The notes below the pieces were generated by a model. The model saw only the letters and a list, made by a program, of their open reading frames with translations. It had not been told where the DNA came from and made no database searches. The position numbers and the translations under genes were made by a program. Of a DNA stretch of 64,000 nucleotides, positions 37,846 through 51,996 are shown piece after piece. The stretch is from assembly GCF_018350175.1 (NCBI RefSeq), contig NC_058368.1, positions 127,908,001 through 127,972,000 on the forward strand. The letters run 5' to 3'. Origin of the DNA: Felis catus (taxonomy: Eukaryota). Numbering within the stretch: the stretch's first letter is position 1; each line of letters opens with the position of its first letter.

Positions 37846-40800
37846 TACATGCATTCTTTAAGGTGAGAGAAGTCCAACACAGACAGTGTTTTTGCAAAGG
37901 TAGCAGATACTTGATAAGCTCAATTCATTAATCAGGATTATGTTTATGTTTTGGATGGAAAGGAGAGCCAGAACCTATACTTTGACTATAACCATAATAA
38001 TGTGAAAAATATTTATTGAACCTGTTAGGATAAATATTTCATCTTAAAAATATAGTCATAGTCTCAGAGTTGAAAGAAAATTTTCAATTCATTTAATTTA
38101 CTTCTCTGATTTTACAAATGAGTAAAATATAGACGAGCAATCTAATTCACTCAAGGTCACATAATGGTAAGAATTTAGGACATTAAAATGCAGGATAATT
38201 TAATGAATGATATGTATTGCTTTAATGCAAGTATATAACTTTGGTTTCAAATGAGCAGATGTCAGTTAAAATATGTGTTAATCTTCTTCATTTGTGTCTA
38301 CATACACAGTCATTTATGTTTATGTATTATGTCCCTATATATTTATACCTAACTATACATTATAAACATATTTATAAACTTAATAGCAATAAGTTAAAAA
38401 GAATAAATTAAGATATTCAAGTTTCTTATAAGTCATAGTATGGTATTAACAATAATACATATTTGAAGAGCTATAAAACTTGATCAGAACTTTGAAAGAT
38501 CTTGTTGTAAGACCATCTCATCATCTCCTCAGAAAAAAACTGTTCCAACATTAGAAAACCCTACCAGAAAGTTTTAACTTACAGCTGTTCTGAATAGATT
38601 ACCCACTGTAGGACATGCTTCTCTCTGATTACTCTGCCAATTACCTCAATTACTTTGGCTGTGGAAATACATGTTTGTTCTGAATCCCTGCGTGAATAAA
38701 TGGAGAAAAAAACCTTTTGCTTTTTAAGTTTTTATAGGCATACATACTAGGACGTTCTCATTTTTTTTCTCAACTCTCTTGTTTATCTTTGAATATTCCT
38801 TCAGAGACTACTGTTTCTGAGCAATGCCTCGGTCTCTCTTGATATGATTCAAATTCTGCTTAAATGCACCCCTGCTGGTAAATTAATGCTAGGTAACGGC
38901 CTCTTCTAGAAATATACAAACTGATTACTATTACATAAAATTAATATTTCAAAGCACACGCAGTAGCAGAAATGAAGACCACTAAAGCTTGTAGCTTTTT
39001 GTTTTCAATGAGTTTGTGGAAAAGATAGTTTTCATTGTGTCACTGCAGTGTTATCATTGGTTTTTAGTAGCTGTAGACCATTTGGCTTTTAAGGCTCAGG
39101 GATCCAGATTCTCTGCAAAGCTTAAATCCTAACCTGGATATGAATTGGTGGAGGGTCAACTATCTGAACCTCTGGGGTACCATCTGTTACACAGCTCCAT
39201 GGGGTATGAATGTTGTCATGCAGGCATATAACTGGTAAGAGCTTAATAAATGCTGTTGACAGAATTAAGTTCAGGATTGTGAGGGCTATAAACATGCCCA
39301 AGTCATTGACACAGAAGCAATATTGCCAAAACAGAAGTCTAGACTGCTACAACAGTAAAAATGGCAAAGAGAAGGACAGATATGACCTTGAGTCACAAGC
39401 AAAATGTCATTGTCACAGACATTGTGCTATAAATGGGGCTGTGCCTGCAGCTCAATGTGTGCAGTATATGACCCAACCTCAGCAATAGAAGCAACTGGAA
39501 AGCAGGGTTGGGGGCCCCAACTATACAACAATTAATCTTTCTTGGCCTTGGCACCATGGCTTTTACTATGCAGAATTTAGGAGAACATGTGAACTGACAA
39601 GAATGACCTTTTTAACATAGCTGAACTATGTAACAGATGTTAATCTGTTTACTGATGGATCGATTCTATTTTTTAAAAAATCCCTAAGACTTAAAGCACT
39701 TGGTCCAGAAGCCTATGTATGACACAATTGAATATTGTATAACATTATTTTGGAAGTATGTTTTGTTTGGTTGGTTTAGCTTTTTGTTTATTTTGTAATG
39801 TGTTTTCAGGACTGTCTTCTCATTTTTCCCTTGAAATGATCCTCACAGATACTGGGAACATTTGATAATAACCTACCTTTTTATGGTTTTCTCATCCCCC
39901 TTTCCCTACCACAACATAAATACAAAGTGGCAAAGCCCAGACTACAAACCAGGACCTTAAGACCATGTCCCCGCTGCCCTTGAAAGTAATGATCATGGGA
40001 AACCACGTAAACACAACAATAATTTTAAATGAAATCATTTTTAACCTTCAAAACTTTTGCTTGCAGGTAGCCATTTCAATAACAAAAAGCAATATTTAAT
40101 CCTAATTTCAAAAATACAGAATTGGCTATAGTTAAAAAGAAAAAGCCTTAAAAGTATTTTTTTTCTGGAGCAAAACACTACTAGTAGAAAACTCCACTAA
40201 ATTATTATACTTTCTCCATAATTTCACTTTGTTATAGAGCGATACTGCCTGGAGGAATCATTCAATAGCTATTATCAATTCAACAAGACTTCTCTCTAAT
40301 TTTATGTGTCTTTGGTGTTTACATTGTTAAGTACAACATATGTAATTATTTCTTAGACGTAATCTTTGAGAATTCAACTCCAACTTGAAATTGTCCAAAA
40401 ATAAAAGAGCGAACACATCACAATATCGAAAAAAAAAAAAAGTGGAGCTTTTTCTAAGGCGACAATGTAATGATGGGCTTTGGCCACTAAAACTGTTGTG
40501 TGATTGATTTCAGAGGAAATGGTTGGTGATCAGTCCTTATTCTTTCAGATCTTTCCTTCATACTCACATTCATTTTACTCTCATCTATTCTTGTACGGAT
40601 GTTGATTATCTGAGAAAGATTCTTTTTAAACGCTCTAAAATAATCTATGTTTCTGCAACAATGAGCGTAATTGACAATTATGGCACATTATTCACAGCTC
40701 AAACTAACTCTGCCAAACAAGTTACCAAAACATGATGAACACAAGTACACGGAGGTGTGAGAAGGGCACAGTTTTATAATCCCTGGGAAGAACTATAGAT

Positions 40801-42246
40801 TAAAATAGGATAGACTTCGGTGGTTAGGGCCAGGGTGATATAGGAGGATAAAGTAAGAGAAATAAAATTGTAAAAAATATAATGTTTAATTGTCAAATAT
40901 ATTCTACAAAGGGAGAGACCATAAATATTTTACTCACCCTTAGCTAGCCAGAGCCCAGCACAGTTCCTGACACACAGTAACCATTCAATAAACATTTGCT
41001 GAATTTTGTAAAGAAAGAGCACAAGCAGCAGAGAAGGAATAATAACAAAAAGAATGAAACCTCTAAAACTACAAGTTCTTATTTCAGTTTGTTGCCAATA
41101 GAGACATAAGCAAGAATATTATTTTGGCTCTACTTGGTATACTGTACTTTTCAAAGCAGTTTTACATAAAGTATCTCCTCTGACCTTCTTTGAACTCTGA
41201 TGAGTGACCACAAGGGAAAAATCCAGTTTCCATATAGTTAACTTTATCAGGGTTCTAAGTTGTGACAACTTTTGCTTAGGTGGTGATTGATACAGTAGAG
41301 AAAGGAGGCCAGTCTGGGAAGGGAACCATAATTTTTATTTTAACCATAAAACTACCAAAACAATCTTACAGGATAATTGTGAGGAATAATGAATGCGGAT
41401 ACCTCTGCAATGCCATACAAAATGTATCATCCTTCCCAAATTTCTTTTTGCTCTGCCCCCTTCAGGTAGGCACCAATGGACTGAAATGGTATAAATTACT
41501 CACCCTGGTCCATGAAAACATAAATTCCTTCCAAAAACTCAGGAATATAAAAGTATAGCTGCAAAAGGGTTTTTATTTTTTTTTTTAAAAGCGTAAGATA
41601 AATCTGGTTTACAAACTTGAAACAACATTTTTAAATTCTTCTGTACAAAGAGGCCATTCTAAGAAGGCTGAGGGGCATATTTCACCAGATAGGCTCTTCA
41701 TTAGAGGCCCAAAACTGACAGCCCATTTAGGTATGCTTTAAATTCAGTGTGCAAAGAATTCTCTAGACACCATGTACCCTCCAAACATCCAGGACTTGTT
41801 TCTAGTTTTGAATAAACACTAAACAACATTTCTGTCAAAAAAAAAAAAAAAAAAAAACAGGGAACTTCAATTAAAAGACATCTGGTGAGTGCCAATTTTA
41901 TCCAAATGTAGAGCATCCAAAAGACTCTCAAGTCAAACAGAGGGCAATTTCATCAAGAAACTAACAAATCCAATTGAGCAGAAGAGATCTTGAATCTCTC
42001 CTACTGGCAGGAAGAAAATGATACAGGGCACTCACTAGGAAATTGAGAATTTAATGTAAAATACTACAAGATACTTTAGAATTCAAAACAGAAGTGATTA
42101 ATGAGGAATTGAAATTTACCCCATTCATTCTCCAGATGAGAAAATTTATAAAAATTCATGAGTTCAGAGAATATCAACAGAAATATTGTAAGGAAAGTTA
42201 CTTAAAAAATTTTTAATAACTTTTATTTAAAAATATACTGTAACTA

Positions 42247-42464
42247 GGGGCGCCTGGGTGGCTCAGTCGGTTAAGCGTACGACTTCGGCTCAGGTCACGA
42301 TCTCGCGGTATGTGAGTTCGAGCCCCGCGTCCGCTCTGTGCTGACTGCTCAGAGCCTGGAGCCTGTTTCAGATTCTGTGTCTCCCTCTCTCTCTGACCCT
42401 CCCCCGTTCATGCTCTGCCTCTCTCTGTCTCAAAAATAAATAAATGTTAAAAAAAATTTTTTTT
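42247..42464 (+). mobile_element. Young CAN-SINE (SINEC_Fc-type)
   Basis: CpG-rich head; perfect TSD AAATATACTGTAACT at 42231-42245 and 42465-42479. Confidence 0.96.
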
Positions 42465-42957
42465 AAATATACTGTAACTGTAGCTAGCCATTTGTGTGTC
42501 TCTCCCTTTGACTGTACATTTATGGGTAGCATAAAAGCAAAGCTATGAGTAAAGGGAATGACTCAGATAATCAGGCCAAAAGTCTGAAAAGTTAACTCAA
42601 CTGGTATATCCCCCAACAGGACAAGGAATTTTAGAGATCTAGGTCACTGGACTGGATGTAATAACAAACAGTATTTTAAAGGCCAAATAAGAATAGTGAT
42701 GGAAGAGACAACGTTTTCAAATAAAATTAAAATTAGCCCAAGATCCATAAAGAGAATATCAGAACCTCAAAAATCATCATTGGGTTTCACCTACATAAAA
42801 TATAGAAAATAGTAGAGGAAGAGAATGATATTCACCAGATAATTTTCAGTGTTATCCAACTGAGAGAGTATGTGAAGCCCAGAACATCTGTCACCATCCT
42901 TAGGGCATAAATAACATAATGACTTATTCAAATCACCCCTTAAGAATATCAAACTCT

Positions 42958-43563
42958 AGGAATTTCTCCATTCCTTGTAAGCTGTCCAATTTATTGGTAT
43001 ATGGGTTTTCATAATACTCTGTTACAACTGTTTGTATTTCTGTAATGTTTACTGGATTTCTCTTTTCATTACTGATTTTGTTTATTTGGGTTCTCTCTTT
43101 GTCTCTCTCTCTTTCTCTCTCTCTTTTGAGAACTCTGGCTAGAGGTTTATTTTGTTGATCTTCTCAAAGAACAAGTTTGTAGTTTCATTGATCTGTTCAT
43201 CGTTCCTGTTAAGTTTCTGTATCATTTATTTTTGCTCTAATCTTTATTATTTCCTTCCTTTTATAGGATTTGAGTTTTATTTCTTCTTCTTTTTCTAGCT
43301 TCTTTTAGGTTTAAGGTTGTTTATTTGATATTTTTCTTATTTCTTCAGTTAGACCTCCCTGTATTGCTATAACCTTCCCTCTTAGAACCACTTTTGCTAC
43401 ATCCCAAAAGTTTTAGACCATTGTGTTTTCATTTTCATATATTTCCATGTACTGTTTGATTTCTTCTTTGATTACCCATTCATTTTGTAGCAGAAAATTA
43501 TTTAATCTCCATGTATTTGGGCTCTTCCCCAATTTTTTCTTGAGACTGATTTCTAGTTTCATA
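42958..43563 (-). mobile_element. Inverted 5' segment of a carnivore L1 (ORF2 just after the endonuclease domain)
   Basis: Minus strand translates to MKLEISLKKKLGKSPNTWRLNNFLLQNEWV... and later EIQTVVTEYYENPYTNKLDSLQGMEKFL, homologous to L1 ORF2p. Confidence 0.9.
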
Positions 43564-46190
43564 TAACCCACAAAAACAGAAGCCATAAGAAATAGAAATT
43601 TTGGACAGACCAATTACCAGCAATGAAACTGAAAGACTAATCAAAAACTCCCAAAAAACAAAAGCCCAGAACTGGACATCTTCACAGGTGAATTCTAGCA
43701 AACATTTAAAGTAGGGTTAATACCTATACTTCTCAAATTATTCTAAAAAATGGAAGAGGAAAGAAAACTTTCAAATTTACTATGTTAGTCCAGTATCACC
43801 ATAATATCAAAAGCAGATAAAAAGACACCACAAAAATAGAGAACTACAGGCCAATACTTCTCATGAATATAGATGCAAAAATCCTCAACAAAATATCACC
43901 AAATCAAATCCAACAATAAATTTAAAAAATCATACAGCACCTTCAAGTGGGATTTATTCCCAGGATGTAGGAGTGGTTCAATATTCACAAAAAAATCAAC
44001 ATGATACGTCACATCAATAAGGATAGCAACCATATGATCATTTCAATAGATTCAGAAAAAGCATTTGACAAAGTGTAACATTCCTTCATGATAAAAACCC
44101 TATGCAAAGTAGATCTAGAGGGAACATACCTCAACATAATAAAGGCCTTACATAAAAAATTACAGTCAACATCATACTCCATGGTGAAAAACTGAAAGCA
44201 TTTCCCCTAAGGTCAGGAACAAAACAATGATGTCTATTCACCACTTTTATTCAACATCGTACCAAAGCAATGAGAGGACATAAAGAAATAAAAGGCGTAC
44301 AAATAGGTATGGAAGAAGAACAACTCTCACTATACTAAGACAACATGATACTATATTCAGAAAACATTAAAGAGTCCACCAAAAAACTACTACTAAAGTC
44401 ACAAGATACAAAATCAATGTACAGAAATCTGTTCCATTTCTGTACACTTATAATGAAGTAGCACAAAGTGAAATCAAGAAAGCAATCCCATTTACAATTG
44501 TACCAAAAACAAATGTATCTAGGAATAAACTTAACTGAAGAGATCAAAGACCTGTACTATGTAAACTATAAAACACTGATAAAAGAAATTCAAGATAATG
44601 CAGAGAAATAGAAAGACATTAAATGCAAATGGGTTGGAAGAACCAATACTGTTAAAATATCTATGCTACTCAAAGCAATCTACAGATTTAATGCAATCCC
44701 TATCAAAATGCCAATAGCATTTTTCATAGAACTAAAACAAAACAATTCTAAAATTTGTATGGAACCACAAAAGACCTGGAAAACCTACACTATCTTGAAA
44801 AAGAAAAACAAAACTGGAGGTATCACAATTTCAGATTTCAAATATTACAAAGCAGAAGTAATGGTACTGGCATAAAAATAGACACATGGATTAGCATAAC
44901 AAAACAGAAAACACAGAAATAAACCCATAGTTATATGGTCAATTAGTCTTTGACAAAAGTGGAATGAATATACAATGGGAGAAAGTCTTTTTAGCAAATG
45001 GTGTTGAGCAAACTGTACAGCCGTATGCAAAAGAATGACACCATACACAGAAATAAACTTACACCATACACAGAAATAAACTTAAAATGGATTAATGACC
45101 TAAATGTGAGACCTGAAACCATAAAAATCCTTGGAGAGAGCACAGACAGTAATCTCTCTGACATCAGCCATAGCAATATTTTTCTAGATATGTGTCCTGA
45201 GGCAAAGGAAATAAAAGCAAAAATAAACTATTGAGACTACACCAAAATAATAAATTTCTGCACAGCAAAGTAAACAATCAACAAAAATAAAAGCAACCTA
45301 CTGGATGGAAGAAGGTATTTGCAAATGACTTATCTGATAAAGGGTTAGTATCCAAAATATGTAAATAACTGATACAACTCAACATACAAAATATAAATAA
45401 TCCAATTAAAAAATGGTCAGAAAACATGAACAGACATTTCTCCAAAGAATACATACAGATGGTCAACAGACATATGAAAAGATGCTCAACATCAGTCATC
45501 ATCAGGGAAATGCAAATAAAAACTCCATGAGACATCACCTCACACCTCTCAGAGTGACTAAAGCAAAAACACAAGAAACAAGTGTTGGAGAAGATGTAGA
45601 GAGAAAGAAACCCTCATGCCCTGGTGGTGGAAATGCAAACTGGTTCAGTCCATAGTGGGAAAAGTATGGAATTTTCTCAAGGCATTACAAAAAGAATTAC
45701 CCTATGATCCAGTAATTGCACTACTGAGTATTTACCCAAAAAATACAAAAAATGCTAACTCAAATGGATACATGAACCCCTGTGTTTATTGCAGCATTAT
45801 TTACAAGAGCCAAACTATGGAGGATTCCATCAACAGATAAATGGATAGAAAGAAGATGTGGTATACATCCACAATGGAATATTATTCAGCAGTAAAAAAA
45901 GAATGAAACCTTGCCATTTGCAACAACATGGATAGAGCCAGAGAGTATAATGTTAAGTGAAGTCAGTCAGTCAGAGAAAGACAAATACCAAATGATCTCA
46001 CTTATATGTGGAATTTAAGAAACAAATGAGCAAAGAAAAAGAGAGAGAGAGAGAGAGAGAGAGACACACAAAGAAACAGACTCTTAACTGTAGAGAACAA
46101 AGTGATGGTTACCAGAGGGGAAGTGGGTAAAATAGGTGATAGGGATTAAAGAGTATACCTATCATGATGAAAAAATAAAGTAAAATAAAA
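43560..46190 (+). mobile_element. Carnivore L1, forward segment: decayed ORF2 (RT and C-terminal regions), 3'UTR and A-rich tail
   Basis: ORF2 peptides [32 protein letters not shown] and LPYDPVIALL, with many stops, frameshifts and deletions. A-rich tail, then TSD at 46191-46206. Confidence 0.95.
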
Positions 46191-46205
46191 AATAATATCA
46201 AACTC

Positions 46206-46460
46206 TGTTATAGAAGGCATGTTTGTGTCACACCCCAAATTCCTATTTTGAAGGCCTATAGCCCAGCGTGATAGCATTTGGAGATAGGGGCCTTTGGGAG
46301 TTCACAATGAGAAAGCCAAGAAGAGAACTGTCATCAGGAACTAAACTGTCCAGCACCGTGATCTTAGAGTCCCCAGCCTCTACAATTCTAAGAAAATACA
46401 TGTCTGCTGCTTAAGTCACATAGTCTACCATATTTTTGTTAAGGCAACTGAGCTAATACA
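46206..46460 (+). mobile_element. MaLR (MLT1A-like) LTR with internal deletion
   Basis: TGTTATAG...gtttgtgtcacaccccaaattc...gtgatagcatttggagatagggg...ccagcctctacaatt...gagctaatACA; TG...CA termini. Confidence 0.75.
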
Positions 46461-48864
46461 CTCCTTTGCCGCAATGTCTTGATTTTGTATTTATTTGATA
46501 AATGACTTTCAATTCATTTTACAAATGGACACAACATGACTGAGAATCACAGAAATTCTTAACTGGTAGGAAAGAGAACTCTCACCTAGTTTAACCACTC
46601 CTCTTATGGCTGAATCCTGTGCATAATAAGAAAACTGGCTAAAGGGTCTTGGAAACTATGCTTGCACCTCTTTAGTGAGAGGAATATACTTCATTTCCTG
46701 GCATTTCCAAGTAATTCTTTTCTGGGCCAGATATTATCACTCAGCTCTGTAGCTACCAAAAAGCATCCACAACCCTCAAGATAGAATTTACCAACCAACT
46801 ATTATATGAAAGGAGATTTCCCCTTCATTATGATATACTTTTTCTTTTCTATACACATAGGCACTAAGGCTCAGAAAAAAATAAGTAATTTACTAAAGGT
46901 CAGATCTTTAAGCACTAGCGGATTTGAGGACTGAATCCAGGTATCCCAATCCAAAAACAATGATCTTTTAACTGCAAAGAATGGCCTCTAAACTATTTTG
47001 ATTACATACCGCTATCAGGAAAAATATCCGGAATAGATTTTCCCGATTTATATATGTATCGATTGTACACATGTATTTTGTACATTTATCAAAGAAACAA
47101 AAAGTTGAAATTTGAAAAAAGATCACATTTGAAAGTAAATATAAACAGAAGTCCTAATAATTTCTTTTTGAAGCCCAAGTTTGAGATTGCTGCACTTGAT
47201 CACATTGGCTTCCTTATAAACAGGAAAACAGTAAACACCTAGATCAGTGAAAGAACATCATAATACTGAAGAGAACCTAATGGTGGGCTATCGTGATTAG
47301 AGCTCCTCATACCAAGAAAGAGTAAATCTATTATTTTTAAGATTATTTTCAAAAGAAATACAAGCTGCTGGAATTAAATCTTTAACTGCAGAAAAATCAT
47401 ACTATATCAATATGTCACAGGAGAAATGCCAAGGAAAATTTGAGTCATGGATGTGATGCTGGGGTCACTGTAAATGGTTCCTTTCTCTCAGGGACCAATG
47501 GATTGAAAAGAGCTGCTACAGCTAACAGTAGTTGTTAAAGGATTGGGATAGAGCCTTAACCACTGTAACCAATTAAACTATTTAATTAAAAGCAAAGTTG
47601 TTGCTAGAGTACTTTTTTGTGAAATTTTCTAACAGCTTTAAAAAGCATATTCTTTGTTAATTACTTTCTTTCTGTCCTAAATTGTTATGCTATGTAGGTA
47701 AAAGGAAAAAATTCTAGATGTTTACAACTAAATGCTGTTCTAGAATAAAATTAGATGACTTCATGAAAACATATTTGAGTCAGGAGAAGGCAAGCTTTAA
47801 AGAGAGGGATTAGCTGATCCATTATAATTCAGAATAGTAAACAAAAAGAAGGCTTTCCTTCTGCATGGGATTTTCCTGCTTACACTATACATGTAAATGC
47901 TCTATATACCTCACCAAGCCTCATTTTACCAATTATAGTTTTAAGATAAGATGGTTTTATAGAAAAATTCAAAAATCTGTAATTGTTGTACAAATGAGAC
48001 TTGTGTGGCCCCAATAAAGCAGAAGGCAGAACAGCCAAAGCTGTCCCCAGCTTCCACAGATGGCAAAGACACTTCGGAAGGTTAGAACAGACAGAAAACA
48101 GCTTATGCTTTTCCCTTTCAGCATATGGACAAAGAAACAGCACCCAGAAAAAAACAAATGTGATCTTAAGCACTCCAAGAGGTATACAACTCCAAGAAGT
48201 CACACAAGAATGTCGAACAGACCCATTAAAATGAAATGTCAGTCCACTAAGAGATGGCTCCAAAACTTTAAAGAGGTTAAGCATGCATGTCATAAAACTT
48301 CTGGAAGAATCTTCTACTCCAACACTTCCTGTTGCAAATAAATACTTCAAGAAAAGGGTTATCTGCCAGATGAAGGTTTTTCCTTTCTTTCTCTTTCCTT
48401 TTGTAATTATTAATTAAATCAGAAAATCCAGAGTTTTTAAATAACAAATGCTACCTACATAATCATCTCTTTATTTTATGATATTTTTCATTTGTTTTTC
48501 CTTGAATGCCTTAATTTTTATAGGACTTCATCTGGACACCATAGTTTTTCCAACACTGGAGCTTTTCAGGCCCTTGAAATAGGTTAAAGGAGATAAGAGA
48601 TAGGTATTTTTTTCTTTTTTTCCCCCCCATCTTTGACACATTTTAAGAATCACAGAGAGGAAAGAACACAGGTGGTCTCTCTCACTTATAGGCTAAGGTG
48701 GATAGAACTTTCTAATGAGGTTATCTATACCTTTGATGTACCAAGCATTGTGTGTTAGTATAATTTCCCTAACACCCTTTAGAATACTACAGTCAGTAAC
48801 TTATCAAACGACCCACAGCTGGAGAGTTGAAAGAGCCAGATTTTGAACCCAATTCTATATGACT

Positions 48865-49057
48865 TTATTTACTTATTTATTAAGTTTATTTTTGATATAG
48901 ACACAGGGAGAGGGAGAGGGAGAGGGAATATCTCAAGCAGGCTCTGCACTGTCAGCACAGAGCCCGATGTGGGGCTCGAACTCACAAACCATGAGATCAT
49001 GACCTGAGCCAAAACAAAGAGTCAGATGCTTAACCAACTGGGCCACCCAGGCACCTC
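48865..49057 (-). mobile_element. CAN-SINE inserted in a MIR
   Basis: Reverse-complement head ...ggccacccaggcacctc; degenerate TSD T(A/G)TATGA(C/T)TTT. Confidence 0.92.
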
Positions 49058-51996
49058 TGTATGATTTTAAAGCTCACATTTTTTTTCAACTACACCAAGC
49101 TACCTCTTAGGCAAGTCGTTTATTTTATCTCCCCAGACCTCTGTTTCAATTTCCTTATCAGCAAAATAAAACGGCTGGGTTAGAAGATCTTTAAGTTATC
49201 CTTCTACTATAAGGAGACATTATATACCAGAAACTCTATAAGCCCTGTGAAATTTGCTGAAATTCTTATTTTATGACAGATAAATATTAATACCATGTAT
49301 TCTAAATACAAATGATGCAGACAATTGGAACGGTTATGGAAGTCAGGAATGTAAAGCTTAAATTATTTGTTTTTGATATTTTCACTTGATGCGCAATATA
49401 TCGGTCTTGCCATTTTTTAAATTTGTGGACTTCTTTAAACGTCATAAGCAAATCTGTGAACCACAACATCAAAATTTAACATGTTTCACATTTTAATAAT
49501 CTATGATAAAGAATTGATTTTAAGATTTTAAAATTTAGGTCCATTTATTATAGAAACTTTTATGTAAGTTCATCCTAATATTATTTGATAATATTAATGA
49601 TATTTGACTCTTTAGACATTTTCACTTAGCAACATAAGTGCTTTGATTTACTTTAAATTAAGGTAGTTTATGCTATTTAAATTTGAATTCGTTTTTAAGA
49701 AAATAATAATAAATTTTAAAATTATATTCTACTTGTTCAGGAATAGTATAAAAGTATAGATGAAAATTAACCACATTATAATATCAGAAATAGTGAAGAA
49801 AAAAAAAGACACCTTTTTTTATGAGCTTATGTTTGAAAGTGTTCAGAAATTAACTAGTTTAAGTCCTGTTTTGTTTGTATCATAAAGAAATAAGAGGATA
49901 TAATTGAGGCTGCTATTTCTCAGAACTTCTCTACACATAATAGTTTGCAAGAATGGATGGTCTTTCTTTCCAGTAAATTAAAAACCAAATTAGAAATAAT
50001 TGTCATTATATTTCCCTTGTAGATTTGGTGAAGACAGCTTGAGGTTAAACTTGCAGGATTTTTTTTTTAATTTCAACTAAAGTGTCCCTCTATTTTCTAC
50101 ATTGAATTAGCAATTTGGAGTATAAATCCACCTGTTGTCTGAATTACAAAAAATTGCTCCCCAAACTCCTGTATCTTGAAACATTCTCATGTCAATAGCT
50201 GTGGACTCAGGCTTAGCCTCTCTCCATTCCCTCCCAGGTTTACACCCAGGCTCTCCACCACAGTGGAAGGACCGCATCTATTTTCTTAAGTTAACTACAT
50301 GCCCAGGAGTCACCTTCTATACTTTCCTCTCCCCTAGATCCTACCTCCAATACCTTTCCAAAGAAAGCACTATCATTTTTCCCCTCCTAAATATCTCTTA
50401 AATATGTTCATCTTTATCTATCTCTCTACAGTTGTCAGCAGATTATTCTAGCTTTTGTTCTTGAATGTAAAGCCACCATATTCCCTAACACTACAGTCTT
50501 TACACACCAGGTTAGCTCTGTCTGGAAGCCCCCTTTTTGCCTTAGTAGGCTAAGTCACCCTTCAGACCACAGATTACCCTGAAGATCCCCTTTTCTCAGG
50601 AAAGGCTTGACTGACCTCTCTGACTAAGCCACGTCTTTCTATGATACGCTGCCATTATACTAGGACGCTTCTCTCAGCAGATAACATGGGGTACCCATTC
50701 ACTCATTCCATTACCACGTAATTACTTACTTGCCTCTGTCTCAGGAAATTTACATTCTAGGATGGAGAAAGAAGCCATTATGTATGAAGACAGGTTGAAA
50801 GCGTTTGCCCTACAAAAGGTAAGAGGTTGGAGAAATACTGCTTTACACATATGCGTGTGATTCTTTGATGCACATCTGTCTCCCACAGGAGACCTTAAGG
50901 ACCAACAGCCACTGGGGCCAGGCCTCACTTGGGTACTATCCACGTGAGTTCCTCCCATTTTTACCCACTATAACCACAAATTATCCTCCCAAACCAGCAA
51001 AATATCACTTTAAGAAAAAAGGTCTTTATTTATATTTTTATAGCTAAAAGTTTTCATGGATCGCTTCCAAATAAATGAAGAATCCAGAGCATTAATCATT
51101 AAAAGGGACACTGCACCAGATCTTGAATGTGACAGAGAAAAATATGAACACTCTTTAAGTGTTCAGGAAAAAATGAAGTAATTGTCTAATGATGATCTTT
51201 TTTTTTTTCCTGCTCTTTTTGTACGCCTGAAGTTTCCCAATGACACATACAAGACATGCAGAGACCTGCAGAGAGGAGCAGAGGCTGTTTTAACATTTAG
51301 AACATTCTCTTTGGATTTTTAAATGCCATAATGCCAAAGAGAAACATTCTCAAACCCTAAACCAAATTAATTCTTAAAATTTTCCTCATCAAAAATAGGA
51401 AACATCTGCCTCTAAGTGTATAACCTTGGATTTTGTAATGGCAAAAATCTAGTGGGGGGGTGACTTTTTCAGGCCAGTGCAAAATGAACTTTTGAAACTC
51501 TAAGACAACTTCTAACTAGGCAAAAAGTGTAGCTCTTTTCTCTGAGAAACAGCAATCTCCTACCTGCAGTCTTTTAATTAAGTGGAAGCACTTTCTTTAT
51601 GCCAGTGGATTTTCAAGAAGCCAAGATGCAGTGAAATGAGAGCTCTCTGTTTACATTTAGACCCATGTAGGCAACTCACGTTCTCATAATCCGGGAATCG
51701 TGAGGCTTTCCACCAAGATTAAAATTTTTGCACTAAGCAAACCTAAATGGGAAATCTCCTAGCATCATTAAGCATTCACAGTTCCTTAAAGTCACGACAC
51801 AGTTAATCATTTGCTTTTAGAATGTTTTCCCCCCAGAACAATGTTTAATGATCGATTTTGAATTCTCCGAAATATTCTCCCCTTTAGCTTTACACATTTT
51901 TTTCGTATCACAAGGCAGTGAAATTTAATGAAAGAAAGAAGGATTATGTAAGTGGTTTACATCCATATTTAACATAGTAAGAAAAACTCAGTCACA

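Noticed and set aside
43413..45840. Cluster of ORFs with reverse-transcriptase-related peptides
   Set aside because: Fragments of a dead L1 ORF2 with many stops and frameshifts, not a host gene or active element.
47880..48350. 156-aa minus ORF with overlapping ORFs in other frames
   Set aside because: It starts at TTG, resembles no protein I recognise, and has no convincing pair of splice sites. A repeat or conservation search would be needed to say more.
51146..51166. Palindrome TGAACAC...GTGTTCA near the PDE4D7 exon as a possible androgen response element
   Set aside because: The half-sites are 9 bp apart rather than the 3 bp required for a steroid response element.
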